From Mobula hypostoma (lineage: Eukaryota): 64,000 nt of DNA. The stretch covers positions 83,018,001 through 83,082,000 of the forward strand of contig NC_086109.1 in the NCBI RefSeq assembly GCF_963921235.1. The letters run 5' to 3'. This document shows positions 13,336-23,558 of the stretch, piece after piece. Numbering within the stretch: position 1 is the first letter of the stretch; every line of letters starts with the position of its first letter. The notes under the pieces are model-generated. The model had not been told where the DNA came from. It worked only from the letters and a program-made list of their open reading frames with translations, and ran no database searches. Position numbers and translations under genes: made by a program.

Positions 13336-13569
13336 CAACATACATCAAAGTTGCTGGTGAACGCAGCAGGCCAAGCAGCATCTATAGGAAGAGGTGCAGT
13401 CGACGTTTCAGGCCGAGACCCTTCGTCAGGAGTTAGTCCTGACGAAGGGTCTCGGCCTGAAACGTCGACTGCACCTCTTCCTATAGATGCTGCTTGGCCT
13501 GCTGCGTTCACCAGCAACTTTGATGTATGTTGCTTGAATTTCCAGCATCTGCAGAATTCCTGTCGTTTG
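13336..13569 (+). mobile_element. Intact fold-back Penelope terminal-repeat mini-element (96-bp perfect inverted repeat plus 37-nt tail)
   Basis: Arms 13336-13431 and 13437-13532 are exact reverse complements around loop gttag. 13-bp TSD agacagattacat (13323-13335, 13570-13582). Empty sites near 35972 and 54286. Confidence 0.95.
13435..13470 (+). ncRNA. Minimal type I hammerhead ribozyme motif
   Basis: AGUC-CUGACGA-AGG(GUCUCGG)CCU-GAAA-CGUC-GACU: intact CUGANGA, GAAA and GUC core, stem I AGUC/GACU, stem II AGG/CCU, palindromic ACGU in place of stem III. Activity is untested. Confidence 0.75.
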
Positions 13570-13822
13570 AGACAGATTACATGTTGGGGTATCACATCTT
13601 AGAGCAAATATAACCACAATTAAGGAGTGATAGGATAAAGTATAAGGACAATTTGCATCACCTAGGCCTGTGTTCAATTGAACCTTGACATTACAATGAT
13701 GTATAGATACAAATGGATATAAGTTGGAGGAGGGGTATACAAGTGTAAGCATTTTGCATGTTACAAATTTAGGATATTTGCAACTCTTTTCACTCAAGTT
13801 ACTTCAGCTACTTAGTCTAGAG

Positions 13823-13901
13823 CTGGATTCCAAACTGGGGTCCGCAGAACCCCTGTTTAAAGGTATTGGTCCACAGCATGAAAAAGGTTTGGGAACCCCT
13901 G
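13823..13901. mobile_element. Small hAT-type MITE
   Basis: Ends ctggattccaaact and ggtttgggaacccctg; 8-bp TSD gtctagag/gtccagag, perfect gtctagag in paralogue 54540-54616; further copies near 36225 and 58290. Confidence 0.75.
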
Positions 13902-14439
13902 GTCCAGAGGGATAATTGGTTGATGAACATTGATAGATTGTCGTTGAGCAAACATGTTAAGGTTAATGTATACAATACATTGATGGAATCTGAGTGACTC
14001 AGCAGGTTTAGGGAACTGTGTGGCTCATTCCTCTTCAGATCACTTGATATTGCTTCCCATTTGTCTGCAGATGATATGTGTAAATACATTTTTCCTGCAC
14101 ATTGAAAACTACTTGTTCTGTATTGCAATCAGCATCAAAGATACATTTGACACTGAATATTGACCTTTCTTGCATAATTTTTAGACCAAAATTTCACTAG
14201 GATTCATGAGTGATAAAACTAATTAGACCGACATGAAGAATCATTAAAATCAAATAACTTTCAAAAGAATATTTCTTTATTCATAGATCAGCTGAATTAG
14301 TTTGTTTTCTCTTACACCTCTGGTCACTTTACTCTTTTACATCACCTGTTTTCCCAGTGAAATATGGATCAGCTAGTTACAATTCTTTTATGCATATCAA
14401 AGCACAAAGTCTATTATATAATGTGTCTATTGCTGGTGA

Positions 14440-14445
14440 TTTATT
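14440..14445 (-). promoter_or_regulatory. Candidate polyadenylation signal of UGT copy B
   Basis: AATAAA on the minus strand about 125 nt after the stop; conserved in copy C (37801) and changed to AATAAG in copies E and F. Confidence 0.35.
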
Positions 14446-14569
14446 CTCAAAATAACCTTCGCTAAATTCATGCAATCTGGAAAGAAGGTTCCATGCATTA
14501 ATTTCAGAAAAAAATCAATTACTTATAAAAAACATAAAACACCATATCCCAACACAAGATAATGTAACC

Positions 14570-16183
14570 TCACTCAGTCTTTTGCTTTCTTCTACATGCC
14601 ATACGACAAAGTTTCTTCAGTGCTACAACCACCAGCACTGTGAGCATGAGGAACATGGACAACAGAAAAACCATCACATCCACACAATAGTAAGTGTACC
14701 AGGGCAGCCGGTAGGATTCAGAGCGCAAATGCCCTGCTCCTTTGTGTCGGGCAACATACTCAATCCAGAAAATAGCTCTCTCCATTGGCGACTCTGGTTG
14801 GTCCCGGTGGAGAGCAGAGAGTTTCTTCATGTTATCCCGGTAAAATGTGCCGTTTATCACCTCATTAAGTGCCTGCAATAGATCTGTTGAATGCAGAGTT
14901 GCAACATTAAGCATCTTTGCTGCACCTCGGGATTCAAGTCTGACTACATTGTCAAACTGGTCAAAAATAAGAGGCATGCCAATCACTGGTACCCCATGGT
15001 AGATGGCCTCATAAATACCATTGGTACCACCATGAGAAATGAAGACTCGTGTGTTGGGGTGTCCCAGAAGGTGGTTCTGAGGGATCCATTTTTTCAGTAG
15101 TGTATTATTACCTATATTGGGAAGGATTTCTCCATCGTATCTCCAAATAACCTTCTGGGGTACTTGAGCGAATGCCTCAGCTATTTCCATTGCAATCTGC
15201 TTTGGTAAGGAATCAATAACGGATCCTAATGACATGACAATAAGTCCATGCTTCCCTGAGCTTTGAACAAACTCTTCAAACTCTGCCGCTAGTGGTCGGG
15301 CTGGTTTACACTGGAAGCCTCCAATGTACACAAAATTTGGCATGGTGGGTCTTGGGAATTCAAACACAAAATCGACTCTCATCAGCACCACATCAGCCCT
15401 CAAGAGAAGTGTTTGGATGTCTGTGTCTGGTCCCAGATGTCGATGACAGATTTCATTATGAATTGGGTATATAAATAATTTTGCGGTGACTAGCTGAATA
15501 AGATATTGCACAATGTTTTCTGTTCTCTGGAGAAAATTCATTTTGTCTGTAAAGTGTGTGTCTGGATAGGGGATGTAAGAAAGTGGCAATGGGGCAAAAT
15601 GAGAATGAGCTTCTCCAATACTATGCCATCGAACATTATACACCATCGGGATTTTTAAATAATAGGCAAGCATAGGACCAGCAACTAAAACAGGATCTGT
15701 AAGCAATATCTCAAAATTTGCATTCTTCAGTTGGTTTAACAAGCTTTTGTTTTCAAATATTGCACTGGTTTTATTCTGAAGCAAGCTATGTAAATAATAC
15801 CTGAAAACATTTGAATATAACTGCAACTTAATTTTGCCCCATGTTGTCCAACCATTCTGGAAGCTTTCCAATGAATTTTGCACAAGCAATTTAATCAGCT
15901 TGGTAGGACTAGGTTGTTCAATGTATTTTTCACTTTTAGTCGTTATGAATTCAAAGAGATCTGGTCTTTCTTTTATATAGAAATTTGATGAGTAAGAAAG
16001 CACTGTGATATTGTGTCCATGTTCTTTTAGTTTTTCTATTAGTATCTCCATAATGATCCAATGACTTCCATCCACAGGCACAACCAATATTTTAGCCCCT
16101 TGTGTAACTGGACAAGGCAGCATGATGAAAATGCTAAGAACACATGCAATCTGCAATCTGCCTTTCCATCCAGGACTATCCAT
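14570..16183 (-). CDS. UDP-glucuronosyltransferase (copy B), intact single-exon CDS, 537 aa; UGT2/UGT5-like
   Basis: Signal peptide, KILVVPVDGSHW (catalytic His), LTDP, UGT signature WIPQNHLLGHP...[16 protein letters not shown]...FDQ, C-terminal TM helix and KxKxx ER-retrieval end (RRKQKTE). Confidence 0.96.
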   Translation of the reverse strand: MDSPGWKGRLQIACVLSIFIMLPCPVTQGAKILVVPVDGSHWIIMEILIEKLKEHGHNITVLSYSSNFYIKERPDLFEFITTKSEKYIEQPSPTKLIKLLVQNSLESFQNGWTTWGKIKLQLYSNVFRYYLHSLLQNKTSAIFENKSLLNQLKNANFEILLTDPVLVAGPMLAYYLKIPMVYNVRWHSIGEAHSHFAPLPLSYIPYPDTHFTDKMNFLQRTENIVQYLIQLVTAKLFIYPIHNEICHRHLGPDTDIQTLLLRADVVLMRVDFVFEFPRPTMPNFVYIGGFQCKPARPLAAEFEEFVQSSGKHGLIVMSLGSVIDSLPKQIAMEIAEAFAQVPQKVIWRYDGEILPNIGNNTLLKKWIPQNHLLGHPNTRVFISHGGTNGIYEAIYHGVPVIGMPLIFDQFDNVVRLESRGAAKMLNVATLHSTDLLQALNEVINGTFYRDNMKKLSALHRDQPESPMERAIFWIEYVARHKGAGHLRSESYRLPWYTYYCVDVMVFLLSMFLMLTVLVVVALKKLCRMACRRKQKTE

Positions 16184-16209
16184 CTTGAAAATAGCTGATC
16201 ACACCGATC

Positions 16210-16230
16210 CTGTTGTAGAGTTAATTAGAA
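16210..16230 (-). promoter_or_regulatory. Putative splice acceptor 26 nt upstream of the UGT B ATG
   Basis: ctaattaactctacaacAG|gatcggtgtgatcagctattttcaagATG; a CAG sits at the identical offset in all four full-length copies. Confidence 0.6.
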
Positions 16231-16510
16231 ATGTTGGTAAGCATAATAATAAATAGGCAACAAAAATATTTTACATGTAGTAGTGTGTTTTCTTGTCGCC
16301 ACTTTAACTCTACTCACTGTATGGACACTCCCGGTTGTAGCTGAATTTGAACGACATACAACATACAAATATAATTTGGAAGCAGAACTCGGCTGCACAA
16401 CTAGGTCACCTTTCTGGTTCAAGGGTAACAAGTTACAACAGGGATAGTGAGCAACAGGTTCTTTTCTTGAGCTCAAAGAGCAAGACTTTGCATTGCAAAT
16501 ACCAGAAAAA

Positions 16511-16977
16511 ATCCTGATTTATACTTGTTCATACGAGCTACGCCGTAGGCCTGATTTATACTTCTGCCATGCCCTACGCCGTAGCGAGCATGCATTGTTG
16601 TGTCAGCATCGCTCTGCAATTCACCGCCAAAACGCTAGTTGGTGGTGGGGTTTTTATGCCACTGTGCTGAGTTTCTTTGTGAGAGAAATGGACGAGGAAA
16701 TACATTTCAAATATTTTTGGATGACAGCAGGTAGATTTGATGATTTGGTTCATCGTCTCCAACCATTTATTTTGTATCAGTGTACAGACATGGCGGAGAA
16801 AAGCAACTGGAAATGCGTAGGAGGAAATGCGATGCTACCAAGCGGACCAATCACAGTTATTGCGGTCTGCATCACCACGACGCGTGAGTTACTTTTTAGG
16901 GGAGGTGCATGTCACCCTACGGCGTAGGGTACGCGGTACCTATGGCATACAATTGACGCAGAAGTATAAATCAGGCT
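16511..16977 (+). mobile_element. PIF/Harbinger non-autonomous transposon
   Basis: TIR cctgatttatacttctgc / gcagaagtataaatcagg (left end present twice), right flank tta. Internal EMDEEIHFKYFWMTAGRFDDLVHRLQPFI resembles the Harbinger transposase N-terminal FRM motif. Confidence 0.75.
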
Positions 16978-18702
16978 TTACGAGGAGTGGTGGAATGGAA
17001 AGTTCTGACTTTTTATGCCCCATAGCAACAAATCCTGATCAGGAATGTATATCTTCCACCACAAAGACCTGAGATTCCCACTATTACATTTTCTGGTTTG
17101 GGATATCTTGTAATGTTTGTTCATTTCATCCTCTCAAGGTGAGAATGGGGGAACATCTGAGTTATACAGCCTGTAACATTAAAACATATGTAGCTATTGT
17201 AGGACAGGCCATATTTGAAGTGTGTGCTGAACTTATGGTGATATGGTTAAACCACAAAGATAAGGAAGCTGTAAATTTGAGATTCATCGATGTACACTCA
17301 GAGGTCACTTTATTAGGTACACCTATACACCTGCTGTTTAATATAAATATCGAATCCATCTTAAGGCGATGTGGCTGAGGGTGAGCAACGACTTTATGGT
17401 GGTTTTCAAAGTAAGAAATAAAACTAAATATTTTCTTTGTAACATATTTCCTATAAATATTCATGGTACACGGTCACTGTAAACAACGAGAAAGCAAGGC
17501 TGAGTTGAGGGTCGAAGTGTGCATACAGGAGCAAGGACAAGGCACGTTCAGACAGAGTCAGAGTCGAAGCAAGCAGAGTGGAGGAGACTCAGAGCCCTTG
17601 CACCGAAACCGGTAGTGAGAGATTTGCTCCATCTAAGCATCGGACTAATTTGGAAATATTGGGCATGGGCTGAAGTATGGCGGGTAGAGGGAGGAGGAAG
17701 CAGCGGGGGGCGGGGTCTAGGCCCAGAGTGTATCGATGCAGCTGGTCCCAGACTTTAAGAGAGGAATGAACCGATCTTCGGAGGATTTAAATGCCAGGCC
17801 AGATGATTAATAGGGCAGGGTGTCAGGACTGGAGGCAAGGATGGGCCAGTTCTGCTGGCCGCTCTGCAACGTTGCCTGCACTCTTTGCTGAACTGAGGCT
17901 GAGGCTGTGGGCCTGCTCCGGCCCGTCTGGGCTCCATGACTGAGGCTGTGATAGACATCGCACCTCTCCCGGAACTTCCGGGAGTCTCCCGCATATCGAT
18001 AGTGGCTCCCTGACGCCCGGAAATTATATACAATATCCCGGAAATAGCTTTTTTTGAGAGGGAGAGCAAGCATCCTGTTTGGTCTTTCTTTGTGCTAAGA
18101 GAGGAAACGATATGACTTGGCGATATGAATCAGCTGCACTTTTCCTCATTCCCTGTCATGCACTTTTGAATTTTAACGCACATGAGGTCATCAGTGACCC
18201 AAGACGTGCAAAGGAATGGGTCCGTGACCCATTTGTGAATGTCCCAGGTGCATCATCCATGTCAGCGTGGGAAAAAGGTCCACTCCTCGAGCTTGCAAAT
18301 GATAATGGGCTGAAAAGTATGTTTGACATAACATCTCCGCCGGCATTCTGGATCAAAGTCAAGGCTGAATATCCTGAGACAGCCACGAAAGCACTGAAAA
18401 CGTTGCTTCCATTTCCAACATATTTCTGCGAAGCGGAGTTTTCTGCAATGAATGCAATGAAAACTAAATCGCAGAATAGACTGGACATGAGGAACCCTCT
18501 TCGAGTATCGCTGTCTCCCACCACCCCTCGATGGGACCGTGCTGTTGCAGGAAAACAAACCCAGGGCTCCCACTGATTCAGCGATATTGGTGTGTTACAA
18601 TGATTTTATATGTTCATACGAGGAAAATATGCGCTGTGTGTTTAATATCCAAACATTACTTAAAATGTTATGATGCTACTGACTTATAAGTGACTTATAT
18701 TT

Positions 18703-18954
18703 CAGTGGCCCCCAGCCTCCGGGCCGTTAAGAATACAGCAGTGGCCGGAACGCACCCAGAACATCTTTAAGATAAAAGCCAAAATCAATAAGCTAATTAG
18801 TTAGGTACCAGCTGGCACGTAAATGTTGGTCTAGATCAGAGGCGACAATCAATTAGCTTGTTTATTTCGGCTTTTTACTTAAAGATGTGCTGGGTACCTT
18901 CCGGCCACCACTGTACCTCTGCATTCTTCGCGGCTCAGAGGTTTGGGACCACTT
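18703..18954. mobile_element. hAT-type MITE with long (~95-bp) imperfect TIRs
   Basis: cagtggcccccagcctc...gtggccggaa...catctttaag...aagctaatt is mirrored at the right end; flanks ttatattt/ttataatt. Confidence 0.75.
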
Positions 18955-19020
18955 TTATAATTGACTTATCACTACATTCATGCAAGGAAAATATGCGCTG
19001 TGTGTTTAATATTAAATTCG

Positions 19021-20218
19021 CAGGGGTCCCCAACCTTTTTTGCAGTGCGGACCAGTTTAATATTGACAATATTCTTGCGGACCAGCCGACCCGGGGGAGT
19101 GGCGGGGAGTAGGGTTGCCAACGGACAAGAATAGCAGTCAAATACATTGTATTTACCCCGAGAGAGACGACAATGTCCATGAAGCCTTGCGCGGGCACCA
19201 GAGCGCATGTGCCCACCGATTTTTTTCCAGCAAATCGTTTTTGGCGATTCTGTTCGGGGGGGGTTGTTAATCACGACTGGAATATCGGTGATCAGTGGCT
19301 AATACACTCAATTTAGTTTCTAAAAGGGTTTATCTAACGAATTTAATATTAAACACACAGCGCATATTTTCCTCGCATGAATATTGTGATAAGTCAATTA
19401 TCAAGGGAGGACAGGGGAGCTTGAAGTAAGTGTTGAACGAACTTCCAGTAAAAGTGGTAGAGGCAGGTTTGATATTATCATTTAAAGAAAAATTGGATAG
19501 GTATATGGACAGGAAAGGAATGGAGGGTTATGGGCTGAGTGCAGGTCGGTGGGACTAGGTGAGAGTAGCGTTCGGCACGGACGAGAAGGGCCAAGATGGA
19601 CTGTTTCCGTGCTGTAATTGTTATATGTTATATAAGTAAGTCAATAGCATCATAACATTTTAAGTAACGTTTGGATATTAAACACACAGCACATATTTTC
19701 CCGTATGAACATATAAAATCATTGCAACACACCAATATCGCTGAATCAGTGGGAGCCCTGGGCTTGTTTTCCTGCAACAAGATGGTCCCATCGAGGGGTG
19801 ATGGGAGACAGCAATACTGTACTCAAAGGGGGTTCCTCATGTCCAGACTATTCCGCAAATTAGTTTTCCTTGCATTCATTGCAGAAAACTCCGCTTCGCA
19901 GAAATATGTTGTAAGCAACGTTTTCAGTGCTTTTGTGCCTATCTTAGGATATTTAGCCCTGACTTTGATTCGGAATGCCAGCAGAGATGTTATGTCAAAC
20001 ATACTTTTCAGCCCGCCGTCATTTACAAGCTCGAGGAGTTGATCTTCTTCCCGCGCTGACATGGATGACGCGTGCGTAGTGACCTCGCGTGCGTTCAAGC
20101 TCAACAGTGGCCGTGACAGGGAATGAGGAAAGGTGCAGCTGACTCATATCGCCAAATCATATCGTTTCCTCACGGCCCGGTAGCGCATGCTTTGTGGCCC
20201 GGTGGTTGGGGACCGCTG
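19021..20218 (-). mobile_element. Second Charlie copy, inverted, nested inside the first
   Basis: TIRs caggggtccccaacc and ggttggggaccgctg; ORF 19823..20104 repeats the transposase C-terminus on the minus strand. Confidence 0.88.
19403..19633 (+). mobile_element. CR1-type LINE 3' tail
   Basis: gtggtagaggcagg...tttaaa...ttggataggtatatggacaggaaaggaatggagggttatggg...ctgtttccgtgctgtaattgttatatgttatat. Confidence 0.7.
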
Positions 20219-21069
20219 CATTAGATAAACCCCTTTAGGAACGAAATTGAGTGTATTAGCCACATAAAGTGACTTATACTTGACTTTTCACCTATATTCT
20301 GGTTACATTTAACACCCACCAACGCCACCGCCCCCCTCCGTCGGCCAGTCCGCAAGAATATTGTCAATATTGGTGCAAAAGAGGTTGGGGACCCCTGATT
20401 TAAACTAGCTGGCTAGCTGCCAAGGAGCTATGCTATTGATGTTCTATGTGATGATGCCAAACTCCCTGCAGACTTGCTTAAAGTTGTAATAGAATAAACA
20501 TGATAATATAATATAAGTACATATTTTAATGTCACATTTGTGCATATACCCAACTTGGTTTACAGATTAGACAAAATCACTAACCAAACTATTCCATACA
20601 CCCTTGGAGGTCGACGGGGGGGGGGGGAGCCGGGGGGAGATATGGGGTTGCGGGGTGCGGGGGTGCTACCTCACTGAAATAAGTTTTTGCAGGGTGGGAC
20701 GTCTGCTGTGGGCCTGCTCCGGCCGGTCTGGGCTCCATGTCTGAGGCTGTGGGCCTGCTCCGGTTGGTCTTGGCTCCATGGCTGAGGACTGAATTTCGTT
20801 CTAAATGCTTTTTGCTTACTTTCATTGCTTGCACCTAATAAAGTCGCCGCTGCATGCCTAACTTTAACTATTGCTGAGAGGAGAGGATGGGATAACTTTG
20901 CCAGAAAGTATCACTGAAACATAACAAGTATTGCTGCTGATTAATTACCTCAGCGCACCATGTCAATGTTGTATATGTGGTCATGTGGATTTGGTGAGAC
21001 ACAAAAACTGTCCCTTGGTTTAAGCCTGAAACTAGAACTTACTTTCTCTATCCAAAGTTACTTTGATTT

Positions 21070-21660
21070 ACTAAGATAGGTGAGCCAGATTGGTGAGGAA
21101 GGGGAGATGAAGTGAGAAACTGAGAGGTCATATGTGAAAAAGGGTAAAGGGCTGAAGGAGATGGAATTTGATAAGAGAGGAGAGCAAACAATGGGAGGTA
21201 GGGAAGGAGGAGGGGCACCAGAGGGAGTTGATAGGCAGGTAAGGAGAAGAGAAAAGTTAAGAGGGGAAACATAATGGGGAATGGAAGAAGGGGGGAGGGG
21301 CATAAATGTTCAGAAATTAGATAAGTCAAGGTTCATGCCATCAGGGTGGAGGCTACCCAGACAGAATTCACACCTGAGAATGGCCTGATCTTGCAGTAGA
21401 GGAGTCCATGGATGAACATGTATGAATGGGAATGGGGATTGGAATTAAAATAATTGTCCACCATATAATCCTTCTTATTACAGACAGAGCAAAGGTGCTC
21501 AACAAAGCAGTCCCCCATTGACACTGGGGTCTCACTGATGTAGAGGAAGCTGCATCGGGATCACCTGATACAGTTAAAGTGTTGCCTCTCCTGGAAAGAC
21601 TGTTTAGGGAGGTGAGGAAGGAGGTGAATGGGCAGGTGTAACCCTTCTTCTCTTGCAGGA
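21070..21660 (-). mobile_element. Degenerate Penelope-like fragment (GIY-YIG end and 3' UTR)
   Basis: MGDCFVEHLCSV...HSHSYMFIHGLLYC is homologous to ORF 35184..35588. Confidence 0.75.
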
Positions 21661-21664
21661 CTTG

Positions 21665-22073
21665 TTTCTTCAAGGACTTGTTGCCTGCTTGTGCATTTTC
21701 TTCACAGACAAAGGAAGGAGGGACTCTTTGAATGACAGGTGATGCTCAGCACAGAGAAATAAATGGGAGGTCAGATGATACAGACCTCAGACACATGATC
21801 TGGACACTGAATGAGCATCGTTGTGCCCGCAGAGGAAGTGGGTTTTAGAGGATCGATCAGGTGGATCGATTCAAATTGCTATTCCACTGCTGAAGAAGGG
21901 GTTGACTGGTGGGGAGTTGTCTATGTGTCCACCCTTGCCAGGGTGATAGCTCCACCACAGGAAAACCAGTCCCCCTAGTTAAAGTCACAGTCGGTGACTT
22001 GCAAAGGATTTCGGAGGGTGACGAGAAGATCGATGGCATCAGCTCACCTGAAAACTCAACTCACTCTCTCTCA

Positions 22074-22106
<33 letters not shown>

Positions 22107-22122
22107 TCTCACTCTATCTCTC

Positions 22123-22154
<32 letters not shown>

Positions 22155-22438
22155 CATCCCTACTCAACTAAATACCATGAACTGAACTGAACTGAACTTT
22201 ACTCAACATCGTAAGACTGTATCATTTTACCCCTAGACTTGAGGAAGCTTGGTTTTCATACATATATATTCCACACTTACTTTTATATATAATCATTGCT
22301 AACCTCTGTGATTTATTTACATTGATATTACTGTATTGCATAGTTACTAATAAATATTAGTAGTTTATAGCAATACGAGACTCCAAAGTGGTTTCTCTTT
22401 CTGCTGGTTTCTTTATCCCCGTCACGGGGTGCGTGACA
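21665..22438 (+). repeat. 5' LTR (first ~265 bp missing)
   Basis: Direct repeat of about 26846-27564; ends gtgaCA; contains a (CT)n microsatellite at about 22064-22153. Confidence 0.9.
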
Positions 22439-22442
22439 TAAT

Positions 22443-22461
22443 TGGGGCCTGCGTCCGCGAT
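22443..22461 (+). promoter_or_regulatory. Primer-binding site, tRNA-Pro-like
   Basis: tggggcctgcgtccgcgat, 4 nt after the LTR, versus the tRNA-Pro PBS TGGGGGCTCGTCCGGGAT. Confidence 0.65.
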
Positions 22462-22557
22462 ATGAACAAATTGGTCGGGAGGCTGGTTTGAATTGATTGG
22501 GGGAAAATCCCTTTCGAATTTGGACTTTTGATTTGGTTGTGTGGAAAAACAGCAGAA

Positions 22558-23558
22558 ATGGATGTTAGAGACTTTCTGAAATCACCAGACCTGGTGACTT
22601 TGAAGTTTGCTAAAAAGTATGAGTTGCGGGACAATTTAAAGAATTGAGAATTGAGGTAAAGAAGGGTGTGAGTAAGGTAGAAATTCAAAGGAAAATAGTT
22701 GAATATTATATAGATAAGGGAACATTTGAGGAGGAGGTGTTAGAGGTGTTCGTGGAAGGTGAACCTACTGAGGATGAGCTTCAGCTTCTGTTGGAAATAT
22801 TAAAGAGCGAGCATGAATTGAAATTAAAACAGCTCAAGAGAGAAGCCAGAGAGACAGAAAAACAGAGGGTCCATGAGGCTAGACAGGCAGAAAGACAGAG
22901 ACAGCTCGAAAGGGAGAAATGGCAACGTGAAGATCACGTGGCAGAAAGGCAGAGACAGTTTAAAAGGGAGAGGTTGCAGCAAAGAGGTTCAGAGTCGGAC
23001 CCTGATGATTTTTACAGCTCAGAAGGGCTAGCTTTGTGTGATGAATTTAAATGTGGTGTTCCTGATGAGAGAAAGGTATACCTAGTGGCAGAGCATGCCA
23101 CTACCCTGCAGGGGTCTATTAAGAAAGCAGGCAAAGAAATTTTAACCCATGAGGTTGAGTTTACTCCAGAAAGGAGTTGGCCAGAGAATAGCTGGGAGGT
23201 TCGAGATGACCTGGAATTTGAAACTGGGACAAGTGATGACAGCCCAGAAGAGCTAGTTGTTCCGATTGAATGTGTTCAGGTCGTTGAAGTACCTGTGAGT
23301 ACTGAACCTTATGTTGAGGCTCAGTTAAGGTCTGAGGTGTCTGACTTGGTTGAAAGGGAGTGCAGTCCTTGTGTGTCAGATGATCTTGGTTCAGTGGAAT
23401 GTGAGGATTCTCAGTCATTTGTAGTAGACCGTGTTTTAAAAGCTGGTGAGGTCAATGTTGCTGGAAATAATGGGGAAAGTGCTGTTTCTGGACTTTTGGA
23501 TAAAGTGCTGGAAAAGATTGGATTGGTTGCGCGACCTTTGACCCTGCTTGCAGGATGC
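22558..23558 (+). pseudogene. gag-like region of the LTR element (frameshifted)
   Basis: ATG at 22558, then the coiled-coil E/R/K-rich ORF 22644..23762. The end of that ORF runs into the inserted transposon. Confidence 0.65.

Larger units (their letters stand above)
18101..20397 (+). mobile_element. hAT/Charlie (Buster) element, left end lost
   Basis: ORF 18079..18576 FWIKVKAEYPE...LLPFPTYFCEAEFSAM..KTK..NRL is the hAT C-terminal dimerization domain. TIR ggttggggacccctg ends at 20397 and is followed by atttaaac (NNNTANNN). Confidence 0.85.
17952..20705. mobile_element. DNA transposon with 6-bp TSD (host of nested hAT elements)
   Basis: Ends tagacatcgcacc and ggtgggacgtctg; flanks ctgtga/ctgtgg; interrupts a ~41-bp tandem repeat (17900-17950, 20706-20790); same family as 23559-24228. 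Confidence 0.8.

Noticed and set aside
13335-13797. Mirror-image ORFs on both strands (13351..13602, 13335..13595, 13426..13797)
   Set aside because: These are by-products of the perfect inverted repeat, with no protein-family features.
14582-15474. Antisense ORFs overlapping the UGT genes (also 38261, 56580, 60330)
   Set aside because: Shadow frames that recur only because the UGT sequence is duplicated.
16395-16430. Nuclear-receptor half-sites (aggtca, ggttca) upstream of gene B
   Set aside because: Short motifs with non-canonical spacing, not conserved at the equivalent position in the other copies; indistinguishable from chance.
18079-18576. Domesticated ZBED/SCAND3-like gene
   Set aside because: Only a short transposase C-terminal fragment inside a TIR-bounded nested element, repeated in decayed form at 19823-20104.
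17895-20790. CRISPR-like or satellite array (tgaggctgtgggcctgctccgg repeats)
   Set aside because: About three adjacent ~41-bp units with no unique spacers, in a vertebrate TE context; no cas genes.
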